A stretch of 64,000 nucleotides of DNA from Eubacteriales bacterium (GTDB lineage Bacteria > Bacillota > Clostridia > Oscillospirales > CAG-272). Position numbers and translations under genes: made by a program. Below the pieces are notes generated by a model. It was not told the DNA's origin. It saw nothing but the letters and a program-made list of their open reading frames with translations, and made no database searches. Shown one piece after another: positions 1 to 10,472 of the stretch (its first letter is position 1; each line of letters starts with the position of its first letter). The DNA lies in assembly GCA_045656765.1 (NCBI GenBank), contig JAZORU010000016.1:52411-116410 (forward strand), read 5' to 3'.

Positions 1-1
1 T

Positions 2-1033
2 CGTTCATACCTCTACGTAAGCGACTCGGAAGGTAATATAATACTTTCCAACGATGCCGAGTCTAACGTCGTTTTCAGCGAAGAGACGTCGTATATCATG
101 ACTAAAATGATGGAAAACGTGTTCAACTCTACCGCGAGTGCCGCATACAGAGTAACCTTGAGAAAAACGGTTGACTGTGCGGGCAAAACGGGTACTGCAG
201 GTAACGACCTTGACAGATGGCTGCTTGGCTATACGCCATACTACGTAGGCGGCGTATGGTACGGATACAAGATACCGAAGGTGCTTACAAACGAGCTTAT
301 CACCAGCCCCTGCGTATACGTATGGGACGAGGTAATGACCAAGCTTCACCAGAAGTATATCGACGCGGCAGAGGAAGGAACAGCGGAGCTTAAGCGCTTC
401 GATGATACGCGTCCCGCAGGCGTTGTTCAGGCAGAGTACTGCAAGGATTCGGGCAAGCTGCTTACCGAAGCGTGTGCCCTTGACCCGAGAGGAAAGAGAA
501 GCGACACCGGATGGTTTAAAAAGGGAACAGAGCCTACCGAATACTGTGACTGTCACGTTATCGTAGCGTACGATACGGCGAACGGCGGTGTAGCACACGC
601 AGGCTCGAACCCCGATCACGTAAAGAACGTCGCACTTATCCGAGTTACCGACCGAGATTTTCCCGTTCAGGTGACCGTAACCGACGCACAGTACGTCTAC
701 CGTCCGCTTCCTTTGGGAGTGAGACCGACGGATAACCCGAATCAGCCGTATTTTATAAATGCAATACCCGAAGGACACTTTGTAGGTATAAGCTCGGGTA
801 AAACTCAGTATAATACCTTCAGCTCGAAGGGATTTGATTATCTTGCATACGAGCAAGGACAAATAGACCTCGTAATAGGCCCGAAGGAGCTTGTGTTTAT
901 AAAGAAGGAAGAGGAAGAACAACCAAATCCTGACCAAACGCCAACTACTCCGCCTTCGGATAATACGGGCGACCCTCCTGTTAATGAGGAACCGAACACG
1001 GAACCCTCCGTAACCGAAGCACCGATAGAATAA
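2..1033 (+). CDS. class A penicillin-binding protein (PBP1A family), C-terminal part; 5' end lies outside the window
   Basis: Frame 2 is open from the window edge (RSYLYVSDSEGN...). Contains the transpeptidase KTG(T) box (AGKTGTAGNDLDRWLLGYTPYY) and a C-terminal Pro/Thr/Glu-rich tail. Followed by a strong terminator. Confidence 0.85.
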   Translation, partial: RSYLYVSDSEGNIILSNDAESNVVFSEETSYIMTKMMENVFNSTASAAYRVTLRKTVDCAGKTGTAGNDLDRWLLGYTPYYVGGVWYGYKIPKVLTNELITSPCVYVWDEVMTKLHQKYIDAAEEGTAELKRFDDTRPAGVVQAEYCKDSGKLLTEACALDPRGKRSDTGWFKKGTEPTEYCDCHVIVAYDTANGGVAHAGSNPDHVKNVALIRVTDRDFPVQVTVTDAQYVYRPLPLGVRPTDNPNQPYFINAIPEGHFVGISSGKTQYNTFSSKGFDYLAYEQGQIDLVIGPKELVFIKKEEEEQPNPDQTPTTPPSDNTGDPPVNEEPNTEPSVTEAPIE

Positions 1034-1041
1034 AAAACAGC

Positions 1042-1084
1042 AAAGATGCCGCAAAAACTTGTGTTTTGCGGCATCTTTTTTGCG
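1042..1084 (+). terminator. intrinsic terminator after the PBP gene
   Basis: Perfect 15-bp stem AAAGATGCCGCAAAA / TTTTGCGGCATCTTT (1042-1056 / 1064-1078), 7-nt loop, then a T-tract. Confidence 0.85.
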
Positions 1085-1160
1085 CTTTTCTTCCATTTAT
1101 ATTGAATTTTGCAAAAACTTTTGTTATAATATACTATGTATAGATATGTTTTGAGGTTTT

Positions 1161-1682
1161 TTGATGCTTGTAAGACGAACAGAAAAAAGGGATATAGATA
1201 AGATCCTTTTAATAATTGAAGCCGCAAGAGAATATTTCAGAGAAGCCGGAATACCGCAGTGGCAGGGTGAGTATCCTTCAAGAAAGGTGATCGAGGAGGA
1301 TATGGCTCGCGGAGAGTCATACGTTTGCGAGTGCGGCGGTGAGATTTGTGCCTTTTGCGCTATCGTAGGCGGTATCGAGCCCGACTACGTAAAGATTTAC
1401 GAAGGAAAGTGGAAAAACGACCGCGAGTATCTTTCGCTTCACCGAGTTGCCGTGTCCCCCACGTTCAAGGGGCAGGGGGTCGGTGCGGCTTTTGTTTCGA
1501 AAGCTGTCGAGCTTGCACTTGAGCGCCCAGTGTACGACATAAAATGCGACACGCACAGAGATAATGCGAGTATGCGGAGAATGCTTGAGAAAAACGGCTT
1601 TGAAGAGTGCGGTATAATATATCTCGTCAAGGACGGGGAAGAACGTATAGCTTACCAAAAAGTAATAGATATTAATAAATAA
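1161..1682 (+). CDS. GNAT family N-acetyltransferase
   Basis: 173 aa. Acetyl-CoA binding-type motif HRVAVSPTFKGQGVGAAF and C-terminal NASMRRMLEKNGFEECG typical of GNAT. TTG at 1161 or ATG at 1164 as start. Confidence 0.8.
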   Translation: MMLVRRTEKRDIDKILLIIEAAREYFREAGIPQWQGEYPSRKVIEEDMARGESYVCECGGEICAFCAIVGGIEPDYVKIYEGKWKNDREYLSLHRVAVSPTFKGQGVGAAFVSKAVELALERPVYDIKCDTHRDNASMRRMLEKNGFEECGIIYLVKDGEERIAYQKVIDINK

Positions 1683-1694
1683 ACGGAGAGAAAA

Positions 1695-3596
1695 ATGAAA
1701 GACGGATTTATCAGATGTGCGGCGGCAAGCGTTGATATAACTCTTGCAGACCCCGCCGCTAATGCAAAGAAAATTGCAGAGCTTGTACGTCGTGCCGATA
1801 GTGAGGGGGTTAAGCTTTTGTGCTTGCCTGAGCTTTGTTTGTGCGGATATACCTTGGGAGACGTCTTTGTGTCACAGACGCTCACGGATGCGTGCGAGGA
1901 TGCGCTTTTCTCACTTGCGGCAGAGACGGCAGAGTGTGACACCGTGTTTACCGTAGGCTTGCCCGTGCGCCATTTCTCGAAGCTTTATAACTGCGCGGCA
2001 ACGGTCGCCCACGGCGAGATACTTGGCCTTGTAGCAAAAACTGTAATAACGAACAGCGAGGCGCGCTTCTTTGAGAGTGCTTCGTCTATCAACGAGTATG
2101 AATTCCATCGCTTCTCGTGCGGCGTTGAGTGCTCTATAGGCGCAGGACTGCTTTTCTCTCACGAAAGTTTATCTAACTATATTTTCGGAGTAGAGATAGG
2201 AGCTGATGCTTATGCAGTGTCTACACCGTCGGCTCAGCTTTGCGCAAAAGGAGCAAAGATAATACTTAATCCTGCTGCATCTGCTGAAATCGTAGGACGT
2301 GCCGAGTGCCGCCGCGATAACGCACGCGACCTTTCAAGACGCCTTATATGCGGTTACGTTCATGCATCCGCCGAGGGCGAGAGCACGGGAGACGCGGTTT
2401 TTGCATCTCACTCGATAATTACGGAGAGCGGCAAAATTTTAGCAGAAGCTCTTCCTTTCTCGGATGATAGCTTTACTGTGTGCGAGATAGACGTTGACAG
2501 TCTTTCCTCTGCCCGCGCGAAAGCTGATACCTACAAGGAGCAGGGCGGAGCAAACTTTACCGTTTTTACACAGAATATCAATGTGGACACGCTTGTCCGT
2601 AATATAAGTAAAAATCCCTTTGTGCCGGACGACGCGACAGAGCTTGAGAGACGTTGCAATACGGTGTTCTCGGTGCAGGCACACGGACTTAAAAAACGTA
2701 TATTGCATACAAACGCAAAAAAACTCGTGCTCGGTATATCGGGCGGGCTTGACAGTACACTTGCGCTGCTTGTTGCGGCTGAGGCAATGGACCTGTGCGG
2801 CAGAAGTCGAGCTGATATAATAACGGTTACTATGCCGTGTTTCGGAACTACCGACAGAACGAAATCCAACGCAGAGAAGATCTGCTCGGCGCTCAGGTGT
2901 GACTTCAGAGAAATAAACATAAAGGACAGCGTGCGCCGTCACTTTGCTGATATAGGACATGATGAGTCTACTCACGACGTTACCTACGAAAACGCCCAGG
3001 CAAGAGAAAGAACGCAATTGCTTATGGATCTTGCAAACAAAGAGGGAGGTATTGTAGTCGGTACGGGCGATATGTCCGAGCTTGCTCTCGGCTGGTGTAC
3101 CTACAACGGCGACCATATGTCAAACTACGCCGTAAACTGCGGTATAGTCAAGACTCTCGTTCGCCATATCGTAGCGCATCAGGCGAATATTGCAAAGAAA
3201 AACGGTAACACCGTTTTGGCAGAAGCACTCTTCGACGTGCTTGACACCCCCGTTTCCCCCGAGCTTCTTCCGCCGGATGCAGAGGGCAAAATAGCACAGA
3301 AGACCGAGGATATAGTAGGTCCGTACGAGCTTCACGATTTCTTCCTTTATTATACCGTCCGCTACGGATTTTCCGCAGAGAAGATACTTCGTATGGCAGA
3401 GAGCGCATACAAGGACGAGTATGACAGACAAACGATCGAAAAGTGGCTCGGTGTTTTTGTGCGACGCTTCTTTTCGCAACAGTTCAAGCGTTCGTGTATG
3501 CCCGACGGTGTGAAGGTCGGCTCTGTGTCGCTCTCGCCGAGAGGGGATTTTATAATGCCGACCGACGCAAGCTCGCGCGCATTCATTTTAAAATAA
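1695..3596 (+). CDS. nadE: glutamine-dependent NAD+ synthetase (N-terminal nitrilase/CN-hydrolase domain plus NAD synthase domain)
   Basis: 633 aa. PP-loop motif GISGGLDSTLALLVA. N-terminal amidase-like domain (LLCLPELCLCGYTLGD). Size typical of the fused NadE. Confidence 0.9.
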   Translation: MKDGFIRCAAASVDITLADPAANAKKIAELVRRADSEGVKLLCLPELCLCGYTLGDVFVSQTLTDACEDALFSLAAETAECDTVFTVGLPVRHFSKLYNCAATVAHGEILGLVAKTVITNSEARFFESASSINEYEFHRFSCGVECSIGAGLLFSHESLSNYIFGVEIGADAYAVSTPSAQLCAKGAKIILNPAASAEIVGRAECRRDNARDLSRRLICGYVHASAEGESTGDAVFASHSIITESGKILAEALPFSDDSFTVCEIDVDSLSSARAKADTYKEQGGANFTVFTQNINVDTLVRNISKNPFVPDDATELERRCNTVFSVQAHGLKKRILHTNAKKLVLGISGGLDSTLALLVAAEAMDLCGRSRADIITVTMPCFGTTDRTKSNAEKICSALRCDFREINIKDSVRRHFADIGHDESTHDVTYENAQARERTQLLMDLANKEGGIVVGTGDMSELALGWCTYNGDHMSNYAVNCGIVKTLVRHIVAHQANIAKKNGNTVLAEALFDVLDTPVSPELLPPDAEGKIAQKTEDIVGPYELHDFFLYYTVRYGFSAEKILRMAESAYKDEYDRQTIEKWLGVFVRRFFSQQFKRSCMPDGVKVGSVSLSPRGDFIMPTDASSRAFILK

Positions 3597-3614
3597 AACA
3601 AGAGTAGTAATTTT

Positions 3615-4868
3615 ATGAAAAGAAGAATATTAGCCTTGCTTGCAGTTTTGTTGTGCGTGTTCGCGTGCTCTTGCACCGAAACGGCAACGCCCGCTGAAAC
3701 ATCGGGATATAGTGATACCGAAGCCACCCCGACCGACACGCAAAGCAATACTTCGGCAGATACACAAACTAAGCCCGCCGATACCGATTCGGTAACATTG
3801 CCCGATATTCCCGCAGCAAAAGAAAAGGTAAATATCGTTATGGTGGGCGATATACTTATGCACGATCCCATACTTCAGTATGGCAAGACCGATGACGGAT
3901 ATAGCTTCGACCACCTTTTTGAAAACGTCAAGGATGATATTGAAAAAGCGGATATAGCAATGCTTAATCAAGAGGTCATTATTGCAGGCGAGGAATACGG
4001 AATACAGGGATACCCCCGTTTCAATTCGCCGTTTGAGCTTGCAGACGCGATAGCAGACGCGAGCTTTGACGTGGCTTGCCACACAACCAACCATACGCTT
4101 GACTGCGGAGCCGACGCCCTGCGCTCCTGCCTCGCTTATTGGGAAGAAAATCACCCTGAGGTTTCGGTAATCGGTATGCAGGACAGTTCGGCTGATGCTT
4201 CAGGTATATGCATAATAGAGAAAAACGGCATTAAGATAGCTATGCTCAACTACACCTATTACGCGATAAACTATGCGGGAGAGACGGCTATAAAGAAAGA
4301 GCCGTATCTTGTGAACAGACTTATCGAGGACGAGGTAAGAGCAGATATTGCCGCCGCCGAAGAATATGCCGACTTTACCGTTGTTGCGGTGCATTGGGGA
4401 GACGAGTATAGCCACACCCCTTCAAGCGAGCAGCGCGCGTGGGCGAAAATATTCCTTGAGGGCGGAGTGGATTTGGTGCTCGGCACTCATCCTCACGTTC
4501 TTCAGCCTGTAGAGTGGCTCGAAGGAACAAACGGCGAGAAAATGCTCGTTTACTGGTCGCTTGGAAACTTCGTAAACTCAACCGCAGAGGCAGGACGTGG
4601 AATAGGCGACCGTATGCTCGGGGCGCTTGCTGACGTAACTATCGAGCGTGACGACGACGGAAAGGTAAGGATAACCGAAGCGAAGGCAGTTCCGCTTATT
4701 ACCCATATCGAGTTTAAAAAATTCGGTATAACCACATATAAATTCAGCGACTATACAGAGGAGCTGCTCTCACAAAGCGAAGCTGTGAAAAAAGACGCTA
4801 CGCTTACTTTTAAATACGCAAAAGAGCACTTTTCGGATATGCTCGGAGACTTTATTCAAGCTGATTAA
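3615..4868 (+). CDS. CapA/PGA_cap family metallophosphatase-like lipoprotein
   Basis: Signal peptide with lipobox (LLCVFACSC), Thr/Asp-rich linker, and CapA-type motifs VMVGDILMH, VAVHWGDEYSHTPS, GTHPHVLQPVE. Confidence 0.8.
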   Translation: MKRRILALLAVLLCVFACSCTETATPAETSGYSDTEATPTDTQSNTSADTQTKPADTDSVTLPDIPAAKEKVNIVMVGDILMHDPILQYGKTDDGYSFDHLFENVKDDIEKADIAMLNQEVIIAGEEYGIQGYPRFNSPFELADAIADASFDVACHTTNHTLDCGADALRSCLAYWEENHPEVSVIGMQDSSADASGICIIEKNGIKIAMLNYTYYAINYAGETAIKKEPYLVNRLIEDEVRADIAAAEEYADFTVVAVHWGDEYSHTPSSEQRAWAKIFLEGGVDLVLGTHPHVLQPVEWLEGTNGEKMLVYWSLGNFVNSTAEAGRGIGDRMLGALADVTIERDDDGKVRITEAKAVPLITHIEFKKFGITTYKFSDYTEELLSQSEAVKKDATLTFKYAKEHFSDMLGDFIQAD

Positions 4869-4908
4869 AGCTTTCTTCAATAAAATGCCGAAAAACTTTA
4901 AATAAGTA

Positions 4909-4937
4909 TTGACAAAAGCGGTAGTGTATGATAAAAT
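4909..4937 (+). promoter_or_regulatory. sigma-A type promoter of the str operon
   Basis: TTGACA (4909-4914), 17-nt spacer, TG-a-TAAAAT extended -10 (4929-4937), about 100 nt upstream of rpsL. Confidence 0.65.
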
Positions 4938-5041
4938 ATGATGTCTAATTATGATGCATGACTGCGGCAATGCGGTGGTTGCGTTATAATTTAGAATAAA
5001 AAGACTGCAATGCAGCAAATATATGAAGAAGGAGGAAAAAC

Positions 5042-5455
5042 ATGCCAACCTTTAACCAGCTTGTAAAGCAAGGACGCTCAAAGTCGGTATACAAGTCAAA
5101 GTCACCTGCTCTCCAGCACGGCTTTAACTCTTTGACAGGTACACCTACCGACAAGTCTTCGCCCCAAAAGAGAGGCGTATGCACAAAGGTTACTACGACA
5201 AGCCCGAAGAAGCCTAACTCTGCTCTTCGTAAGATCGCCAGAGTAAGACTTACCAACGGAATGGAAGCTACAACCTACATTCCCGGAATCGGACACAATC
5301 TTCAGGAGCACTCTGTTGTTCTCATCAGAGGCGGAAGAGTACGTGACCTGCCTGGATGCCGTTACCATATCATCCGCGGAACACTTGATGCTCAAGGCGT
5401 TGCAAACCGCAACCAGAGCCGTTCCAAGTATGGTGCGAAGCGTCCTAAGAAATAA
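5042..5455 (+). CDS. rpsL: 30S ribosomal protein S12
   Basis: [12 protein letters not shown]...[10 protein letters not shown]...[10 protein letters not shown]; RBS GGAGGA upstream. Confidence 0.97.
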   Translation: MPTFNQLVKQGRSKSVYKSKSPALQHGFNSLTGTPTDKSSPQKRGVCTKVTTTSPKKPNSALRKIARVRLTNGMEATTYIPGIGHNLQEHSVVLIRGGRVRDLPGCRYHIIRGTLDAQGVANRNQSRSKYGAKRPKK

Positions 5456-5635
5456 TAGCGCCGCTGTTGTTTCTTAAATTACAACCGTACACTTACTCGG
5501 TACGGTGTGTGCCGTCTTTGTAGAGTTTAAAGTATCAATCATGTTTTTCTTTGATATACAAACCCAAGATGCGCACTGACGAAAGTCAATTTTCGAGTAC
5601 CTATGAACTCATTATATATGAAGGAGGGAAGTAAA

Positions 5636-6106
5636 GTGCCAAGAAGAGGTAAAATTTCCAAAAGAGATGTATTGCCGGATCCGCTTTATAATTCAAAGCT
5701 CGTAACAAAGCTTATCAATAACATAATGCTTGACGGCAAGAAGGGTGTTGCTCAGAAGATCGTTTACGATGCATTCGAGATAATCAATGCAAAGGAAGGC
5801 GAGAGTGCTCTTGACGTATTCACCGCAGCTCTTGAAAACGTAATGCCCGTTCTTGAGGTTAAGGCTCGCCGTGTAGGCGGTTCTACCTATCAGGTTCCTA
5901 TGGAAGTTCGTGCAGAGAGACGTCAGACACTCGGTCTGCGTTGGCTCACCGCTTTTTCCAGAAAGCGCTCTGAGAGAACGATGGCTGAGAGACTTGCAGG
6001 CGAGATCTTAGACGCTAAGAACAGTGCAGGCGGAGCTTTCAAGAAGAAGGAAGAGACTCATAGAATGGCTGAAGCTAACAAGGCTTTCGCTCATTACAGA
6101 TATTAA
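5636..6106 (+). CDS. rpsG: 30S ribosomal protein S7
   Basis: (M/V)[28 protein letters not shown]...; GTG at 5636 is preceded by AAGGAGGG (5621-5628). The ORF-track start at 5603 lacks an RBS. Confidence 0.95.
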   Translation: MPRRGKISKRDVLPDPLYNSKLVTKLINNIMLDGKKGVAQKIVYDAFEIINAKEGESALDVFTAALENVMPVLEVKARRVGGSTYQVPMEVRAERRQTLGLRWLTAFSRKRSERTMAERLAGEILDAKNSAGGAFKKKEETHRMAEANKAFAHYRY

Positions 6107-6135
6107 GTCTTAAAATCTGTTAAGGAGAAATACTA

Positions 6136-8214
6136 ATGCCAAGAGAATATTCACTGGAGCATACCAGAAATATCGGTATCATGGCTCACATAGATGCCGG
6201 AAAAACAACAACAACAGAAAGAATTCTGTTCTATACAGGTAAGACGCACCGTATGGGCGAGACCCACGACGGCGGCGCTACGATGGACTGGATGGAGCAG
6301 GAACAGGAAAGAGGTATTACAATTACCTCTGCTGCTACCACTTGCTTTTGGAAGGGTAACAGAATCAACATTATAGATACCCCCGGCCACGTTGACTTTA
6401 CCGTTGAGGTTGAGCGTTCGCTCAGAGTTCTTGACGGTTCTGTAACCGTTCTCTGTGCTAAGGGAGGCGTTGAGCCCCAGTCGGAGACAGTTTGGAGACA
6501 GGCTGACAAGTATCAGGTTCCGCGTATGGCATACGTAAACAAGATGGATATCACGGGTGCAAACTTCTACCGCGTTGTAGATATGATGCACGAGAGACTC
6601 CACGCGAATGCCGTTCCGATTCAGCTTCCTATCGGAGCTGAGAGCAGCTTCCGCGGAATTATAGACCTTATCAATATGGAGGCTGACATTTATTATGACG
6701 ACCTCGGTAAGGATATGAGAGTAGAGCCTATTCCGGAAGATATGAAGGAAAAGGCAGAAGAGTACCGCACTGCTATGATAGAGAGCATCGCCGAGACCGA
6801 CGAAGCACTCTTTGAAAAGTACTGCGAGGGCGAGGAGCTCAGCGTAGACGAGCTTAAGGTTGCACTCAGAAAGGCTACTCTTGCAAACAAGATAGTTCCC
6901 GTTGTTTGCGGAACTTCTTACAAGAACAAGGGCGTACAGAAGCTTCTCGATGCTATCATCGACTTCATGCCCGCACCTACAGACATTCCCGCTATCAAGG
7001 GTATCAACCCCGATACAGGTGAAGAGGACGAAAGACACGCTGATGATAACGCACCTTTCTCCGCACTTGCATTCAAGAAAGCAACAGACCCCTACGTTGG
7101 AAAGCTTTGCTTCTTCAGAGTTTACTCGGGTACGGTTGCTGCCGGCACCGCAGTTTACAACTCATCGAAGGACGCAACCGAGCGTATGGGACGTATTCTT
7201 CAGATGCACGCAAACTCGCGTGAGGATATCTCTATCTGCTACGCAGGTGATATCGCTGCTGTAATCGGTGTAAAGAACACCACGACAGGTGATACCTTCT
7301 GTGACGAGAAGAATCCTATCATCCTTGAGTCTATGGAATTCCCGGAACCCGTTATCAGAGTTGCGATCGAGCCTAAGACCAAGGCAGGTCAGGAAAAGAT
7401 GGGTATTGCTCTTGCAAAGCTTGCAGAAGAAGACCCGACATTCCGTACCTACACGGATGACGAAACAGGACAAACGATCATCGCCGGAATGGGCGAGCTT
7501 CACCTTGAAATTATCGTAGACAGACTTCTTCGTGAGTTTAAGGTTGAGGCAAACATCGGTAATCCTCAGGTTGCATACAAGGAGACCATCAAGAAGAAGG
7601 TTGACCATGAGTGCAAGTACAAGCGTCAGTCCGGTGGTTCAGGTCAGTACGGACACGTTAAGATCACGCTTGAGCCTAACGAAACAGGTAAGGGCTACGA
7701 GTTCGTTAACGCCGTTACGGGCGGTGCTATTCCGAAGGAATACATTCCCGCAGTTGATGCAGGTATCAAGGGTGCATTGCAGTCCGGTGTACTTGCAGGC
7801 TACAACGTAGTTGACGTAAAGGTAACTCTTTACGACGGTTCGTATCACGAGGTTGACTCCTCTGAAATGGCGTTCAAGATTGCAGGTTCTATGGCATTCA
7901 AGGAAGCTATGAGACTTGCTAACCCCGTTCTTACCGAGCCTATCATGAAGGTTGTTGTTACCATTCCCGATGATTACATGGGAGACGTTATCGGTGACAT
8001 CAACTCTCGTCGTGGACAGATTCTCGGTATGGACCCCGTATCCGGCGGACAGCAGGTATCTTCTCTTGTACCGCTTGCTGAAATGTTCGGTTACGCAACA
8101 GCTCTCCGTTCTAAGACCCAGGGACGCGGCGTTTACGCAATGGAGCCTGCAGGCTTTATGGAAGTTCCGAAGTCGATTCAGGAAGCTATTATCACTCAGA
8201 GAGGCAAGAAATAA
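6136..8214 (+). CDS. fusA: translation elongation factor G
   Basis: 692 aa; G1 motif [23 protein letters not shown]; canonical position after rpsG. Confidence 0.97.
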   Translation: MPREYSLEHTRNIGIMAHIDAGKTTTTERILFYTGKTHRMGETHDGGATMDWMEQEQERGITITSAATTCFWKGNRINIIDTPGHVDFTVEVERSLRVLDGSVTVLCAKGGVEPQSETVWRQADKYQVPRMAYVNKMDITGANFYRVVDMMHERLHANAVPIQLPIGAESSFRGIIDLINMEADIYYDDLGKDMRVEPIPEDMKEKAEEYRTAMIESIAETDEALFEKYCEGEELSVDELKVALRKATLANKIVPVVCGTSYKNKGVQKLLDAIIDFMPAPTDIPAIKGINPDTGEEDERHADDNAPFSALAFKKATDPYVGKLCFFRVYSGTVAAGTAVYNSSKDATERMGRILQMHANSREDISICYAGDIAAVIGVKNTTTGDTFCDEKNPIILESMEFPEPVIRVAIEPKTKAGQEKMGIALAKLAEEDPTFRTYTDDETGQTIIAGMGELHLEIIVDRLLREFKVEANIGNPQVAYKETIKKKVDHECKYKRQSGGSGQYGHVKITLEPNETGKGYEFVNAVTGGAIPKEYIPAVDAGIKGALQSGVLAGYNVVDVKVTLYDGSYHEVDSSEMAFKIAGSMAFKEAMRLANPVLTEPIMKVVVTIPDDYMGDVIGDINSRRGQILGMDPVSGGQQVSSLVPLAEMFGYATALRSKTQGRGVYAMEPAGFMEVPKSIQEAIITQRGKK

Positions 8215-8302
8215 TCTCTTACCTTTTGCGGACAAGCTCCGCATCAATTAATTGATTTTAAAAAAATTTAAAATAATATTTTTATTACGGAGGATATTAA
8301 AA

Positions 8303-9508
8303 ATGGCAAAGGCAAAATTTGAAAGAAACAAACCCCATGTTAATATCGGTACTATCGGACACGTTGACCACGGTAAGACAACTCTTACTGCTGCAATCAC
8401 CAAGTTCCTCTCCCTCGGTAACGAGTCTATCGACTTCATGGCATACGACCAGATCGATAACGCTCCCGAGGAAAGAGCAAGAGGTATCACGATTAACACC
8501 AGACACGTTGAGTACGAGACTGACAACCGTCACTACGCACACGTTGACTGCCCCGGACACGCTGACTACGTAAAGAACATGATTACTGGTGCAGCACAGA
8601 TGGACGGCGCGATCCTCGTTGTTGCAGGGACAGACGGACCTCTTCAGCAGACTCGTGAGCACGTTCTCCTTGCTCGTCAGGTTGGCGTTCCCGCAATCGT
8701 TGTTTTCATGAACAAGTGCGACATCGTTGACGACCCCGAGCTTCTCGACCTCGTTGAGATGGAGATCCGTGACCTCCTTTCTCAGTACGACTTCCCGGGC
8801 GACGATATTCCGATCGTTCGCGGATCTGCTCGTGAGGCACTTCTCTCTGAGAACAAGGACGCATCTGATGCAGTTTACGCACCTATCAAGGAGCTTATGG
8901 ACGCTGTTGACAGCTACATTCCTACTCCTGATAGAAAGGCTGACCTTGACTTCCTTATGCCCGTTGAGGACGTATTCTCTATCTCCGGCCGTGGTACAGT
9001 TGCTACCGGTAGAGTAGAGCGTGGTACTGTTAAGATGGGTGACGTTGTTGAGATCATCGGTCTCACCGACGAGAGAAAGCAGACCACAATTACTGGTCTT
9101 GAAATGTTCCACAAGCTCCTTGACTCTGCTGAGGCAGGCGATAACGTTGGTGCACTCCTTCGTGGTGTTGCTAAGAACGAGATCGAGCGTGGACAGGTTC
9201 TCTGCAAGCCCGGCTCTGTAAACCCCCACACCAAGTTCGTTGGCCAGGTTTACGTTCTTACTGAAAAAGAGGGTGGACGTCAGAAGCCCTTCTTCTCCGG
9301 CTACAGACCTCAGTTCTACTTCAGAACAACAGACGTTACAGGTACGATCAACCTTCCTGAAGGTGTTGAGATGTGCCGTCCCGGAGACAACGTTGATATG
9401 AAGGTTGAGCTCATCACTCCTATCGCTATCGAGAAGGGACTCCGTTTCGCTATCCGTGAGGGTGGTAGAACTGTTGGTTCCGGTGTCGTTGCTGATATCG
9501 AGGCGTAA
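8303..9508 (+). CDS. tuf: translation elongation factor Tu
   Basis: [33 protein letters not shown]...; ATG 8303 with RBS GGAGGA (8289-8294). The ORF-track start at 8252 is an upstream in-frame extension. Confidence 0.97.
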   Translation: MAKAKFERNKPHVNIGTIGHVDHGKTTLTAAITKFLSLGNESIDFMAYDQIDNAPEERARGITINTRHVEYETDNRHYAHVDCPGHADYVKNMITGAAQMDGAILVVAGTDGPLQQTREHVLLARQVGVPAIVVFMNKCDIVDDPELLDLVEMEIRDLLSQYDFPGDDIPIVRGSAREALLSENKDASDAVYAPIKELMDAVDSYIPTPDRKADLDFLMPVEDVFSISGRGTVATGRVERGTVKMGDVVEIIGLTDERKQTTITGLEMFHKLLDSAEAGDNVGALLRGVAKNEIERGQVLCKPGSVNPHTKFVGQVYVLTEKEGGRQKPFFSGYRPQFYFRTTDVTGTINLPEGVEMCRPGDNVDMKVELITPIAIEKGLRFAIREGGRTVGSGVVADIEA

Positions 9509-9547
9509 GTTTTAACCTAACTGCGTTATAATCTCAGATTATGTCAG

Positions 9548-9577
9548 ACGGGAGGCTCGCAAGAGCCTCCCGTTTTG
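9548..9577 (+). terminator. intrinsic terminator of the str operon
   Basis: ACGGGAGGCTC-GCAA-GAGCCTCCCGT followed by TTTT. Confidence 0.9.
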
Positions 9578-9635
9578 CATAATTTAACCCTTTATCTTTA
9601 TTTGTCATACAATATAAAACAAACTAATTTAATAT

Positions 9636-9798
9636 TATCTTTGGGGAATGGTGTAATTCCATACCGGTGGTATAGCCCACGAACACACAAACGTGCCGAG
9701 CAGGTGAGATTCCTGCGCCGACGGTAAAGTCCGGATGAGAAAAGGTAAAAATACATATTTTCCGTTCCTCGCTTTATAGGTGAGGATTTTTGTTTTCT
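9636..9798 (+). promoter_or_regulatory. FMN riboswitch (RFN element) with terminator expression platform
   Basis: Conserved RFN core blocks can be read directly: UAUCUUUGGGGAAUGGUGUAAUUCCAUACCGGUGGU...AGCCCACGA...GGUGAGAUUCCUGCGCCGACGGUAAAGUCCGGAUGAGAAAAGG. This is followed by hairpin TCCTCGC-TTTATAG-GTGAGGA (9766-9786) and a T-tract. The downstream gene is a riboflavin ECF S-component. Confidence 0.9.
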
Positions 9799-9870
9799 TT
9801 GAACAATAGCTTGTATCAAAGAGTTAATATGCACTTTTTACGTCCCCTCCAAAAACGGAGGATTATCACA

Positions 9871-10458
9871 ATGAAACAAAACAAAGTAAAACAGCTCGTG
9901 CTTATCTCGCTTTTTTCGGCTTTAGGCTTTCTCTTTATGTTTATCGAGTTCTCAATTCCGATAGTACCGAGCTTCCTTAAATTTGATATTTCCGAGCTTC
10001 CCGCGCTTCTTATGTCCTTTATGTATGGGCCTGTCAGCGGTGTAGCCGTATGCCTTGTAAAAAATGCGATTCATCTGACTGTTACCTCAACAGGAGGTGT
10101 AGGGGAATTCTCTAACTTTATTCTCGGGGCGGTGTTCTGTACCGTAGCGGGAAATATATATAAGTACAAAAGAACAAAGACGGGCGCTGCCGTCAGTATG
10201 CTTGTAGGCGCGGCTGTAATGGGTGGCGTGTGCTTTTTTACAAACCTCTATATAATGTATCCCTTCTACTATAACATTTTCCCGAAGGAAGCCATTCTCG
10301 GTATGTGTCAGGCAATTTTGCCCTCGGTCGATTCTATCGAAAAGTCACTGCTCGTCTTCAACGTGCCATTTACATTCTTTAAGGGCGTTGTTTGCTCTGC
10401 AATTACCTTTTTTGCATATAAAAAACTGAAACAGGTTTTGAAAATAGAAAAAGCATAA
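9871..10458 (+). CDS. ribU: ECF transporter S component, riboflavin-specific (RibU family)
   Basis: 195 aa polytopic membrane protein (LVLISLFSALGFLFMFIEFSIP...KFDISELPALL). ATG 9871 with RBS GGAGGA (9857-9862). Sits directly behind the FMN riboswitch. Confidence 0.85.
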   Translation: MKQNKVKQLVLISLFSALGFLFMFIEFSIPIVPSFLKFDISELPALLMSFMYGPVSGVAVCLVKNAIHLTVTSTGGVGEFSNFILGAVFCTVAGNIYKYKRTKTGAAVSMLVGAAVMGGVCFFTNLYIMYPFYYNIFPKEAILGMCQAILPSVDSIEKSLLVFNVPFTFFKGVVCSAITFFAYKKLKQVLKIEKA

Positions 10459-10472
10459 ATATAGGTGAAATT

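Noticed and set aside
5-1096. 363-aa ORF on the minus strand
   Set aside because: It is entirely antisense to the well-supported PBP gene. It has an Arg/Val/Tyr/Cys-heavy, non-protein-like composition and no RBS. It is a typical shadow ORF of a codon-biased gene.
8297-9229. 310-aa ORF antisense to tuf, and similar antisense ORFs at 6151-7038 (fusA), 51354-52310 (topA) and 49922-50569 (dprA)
   Set aside because: They overlap highly conserved genes on the opposite strand, have no RBS and no recognisable motifs. They are shadow ORFs.
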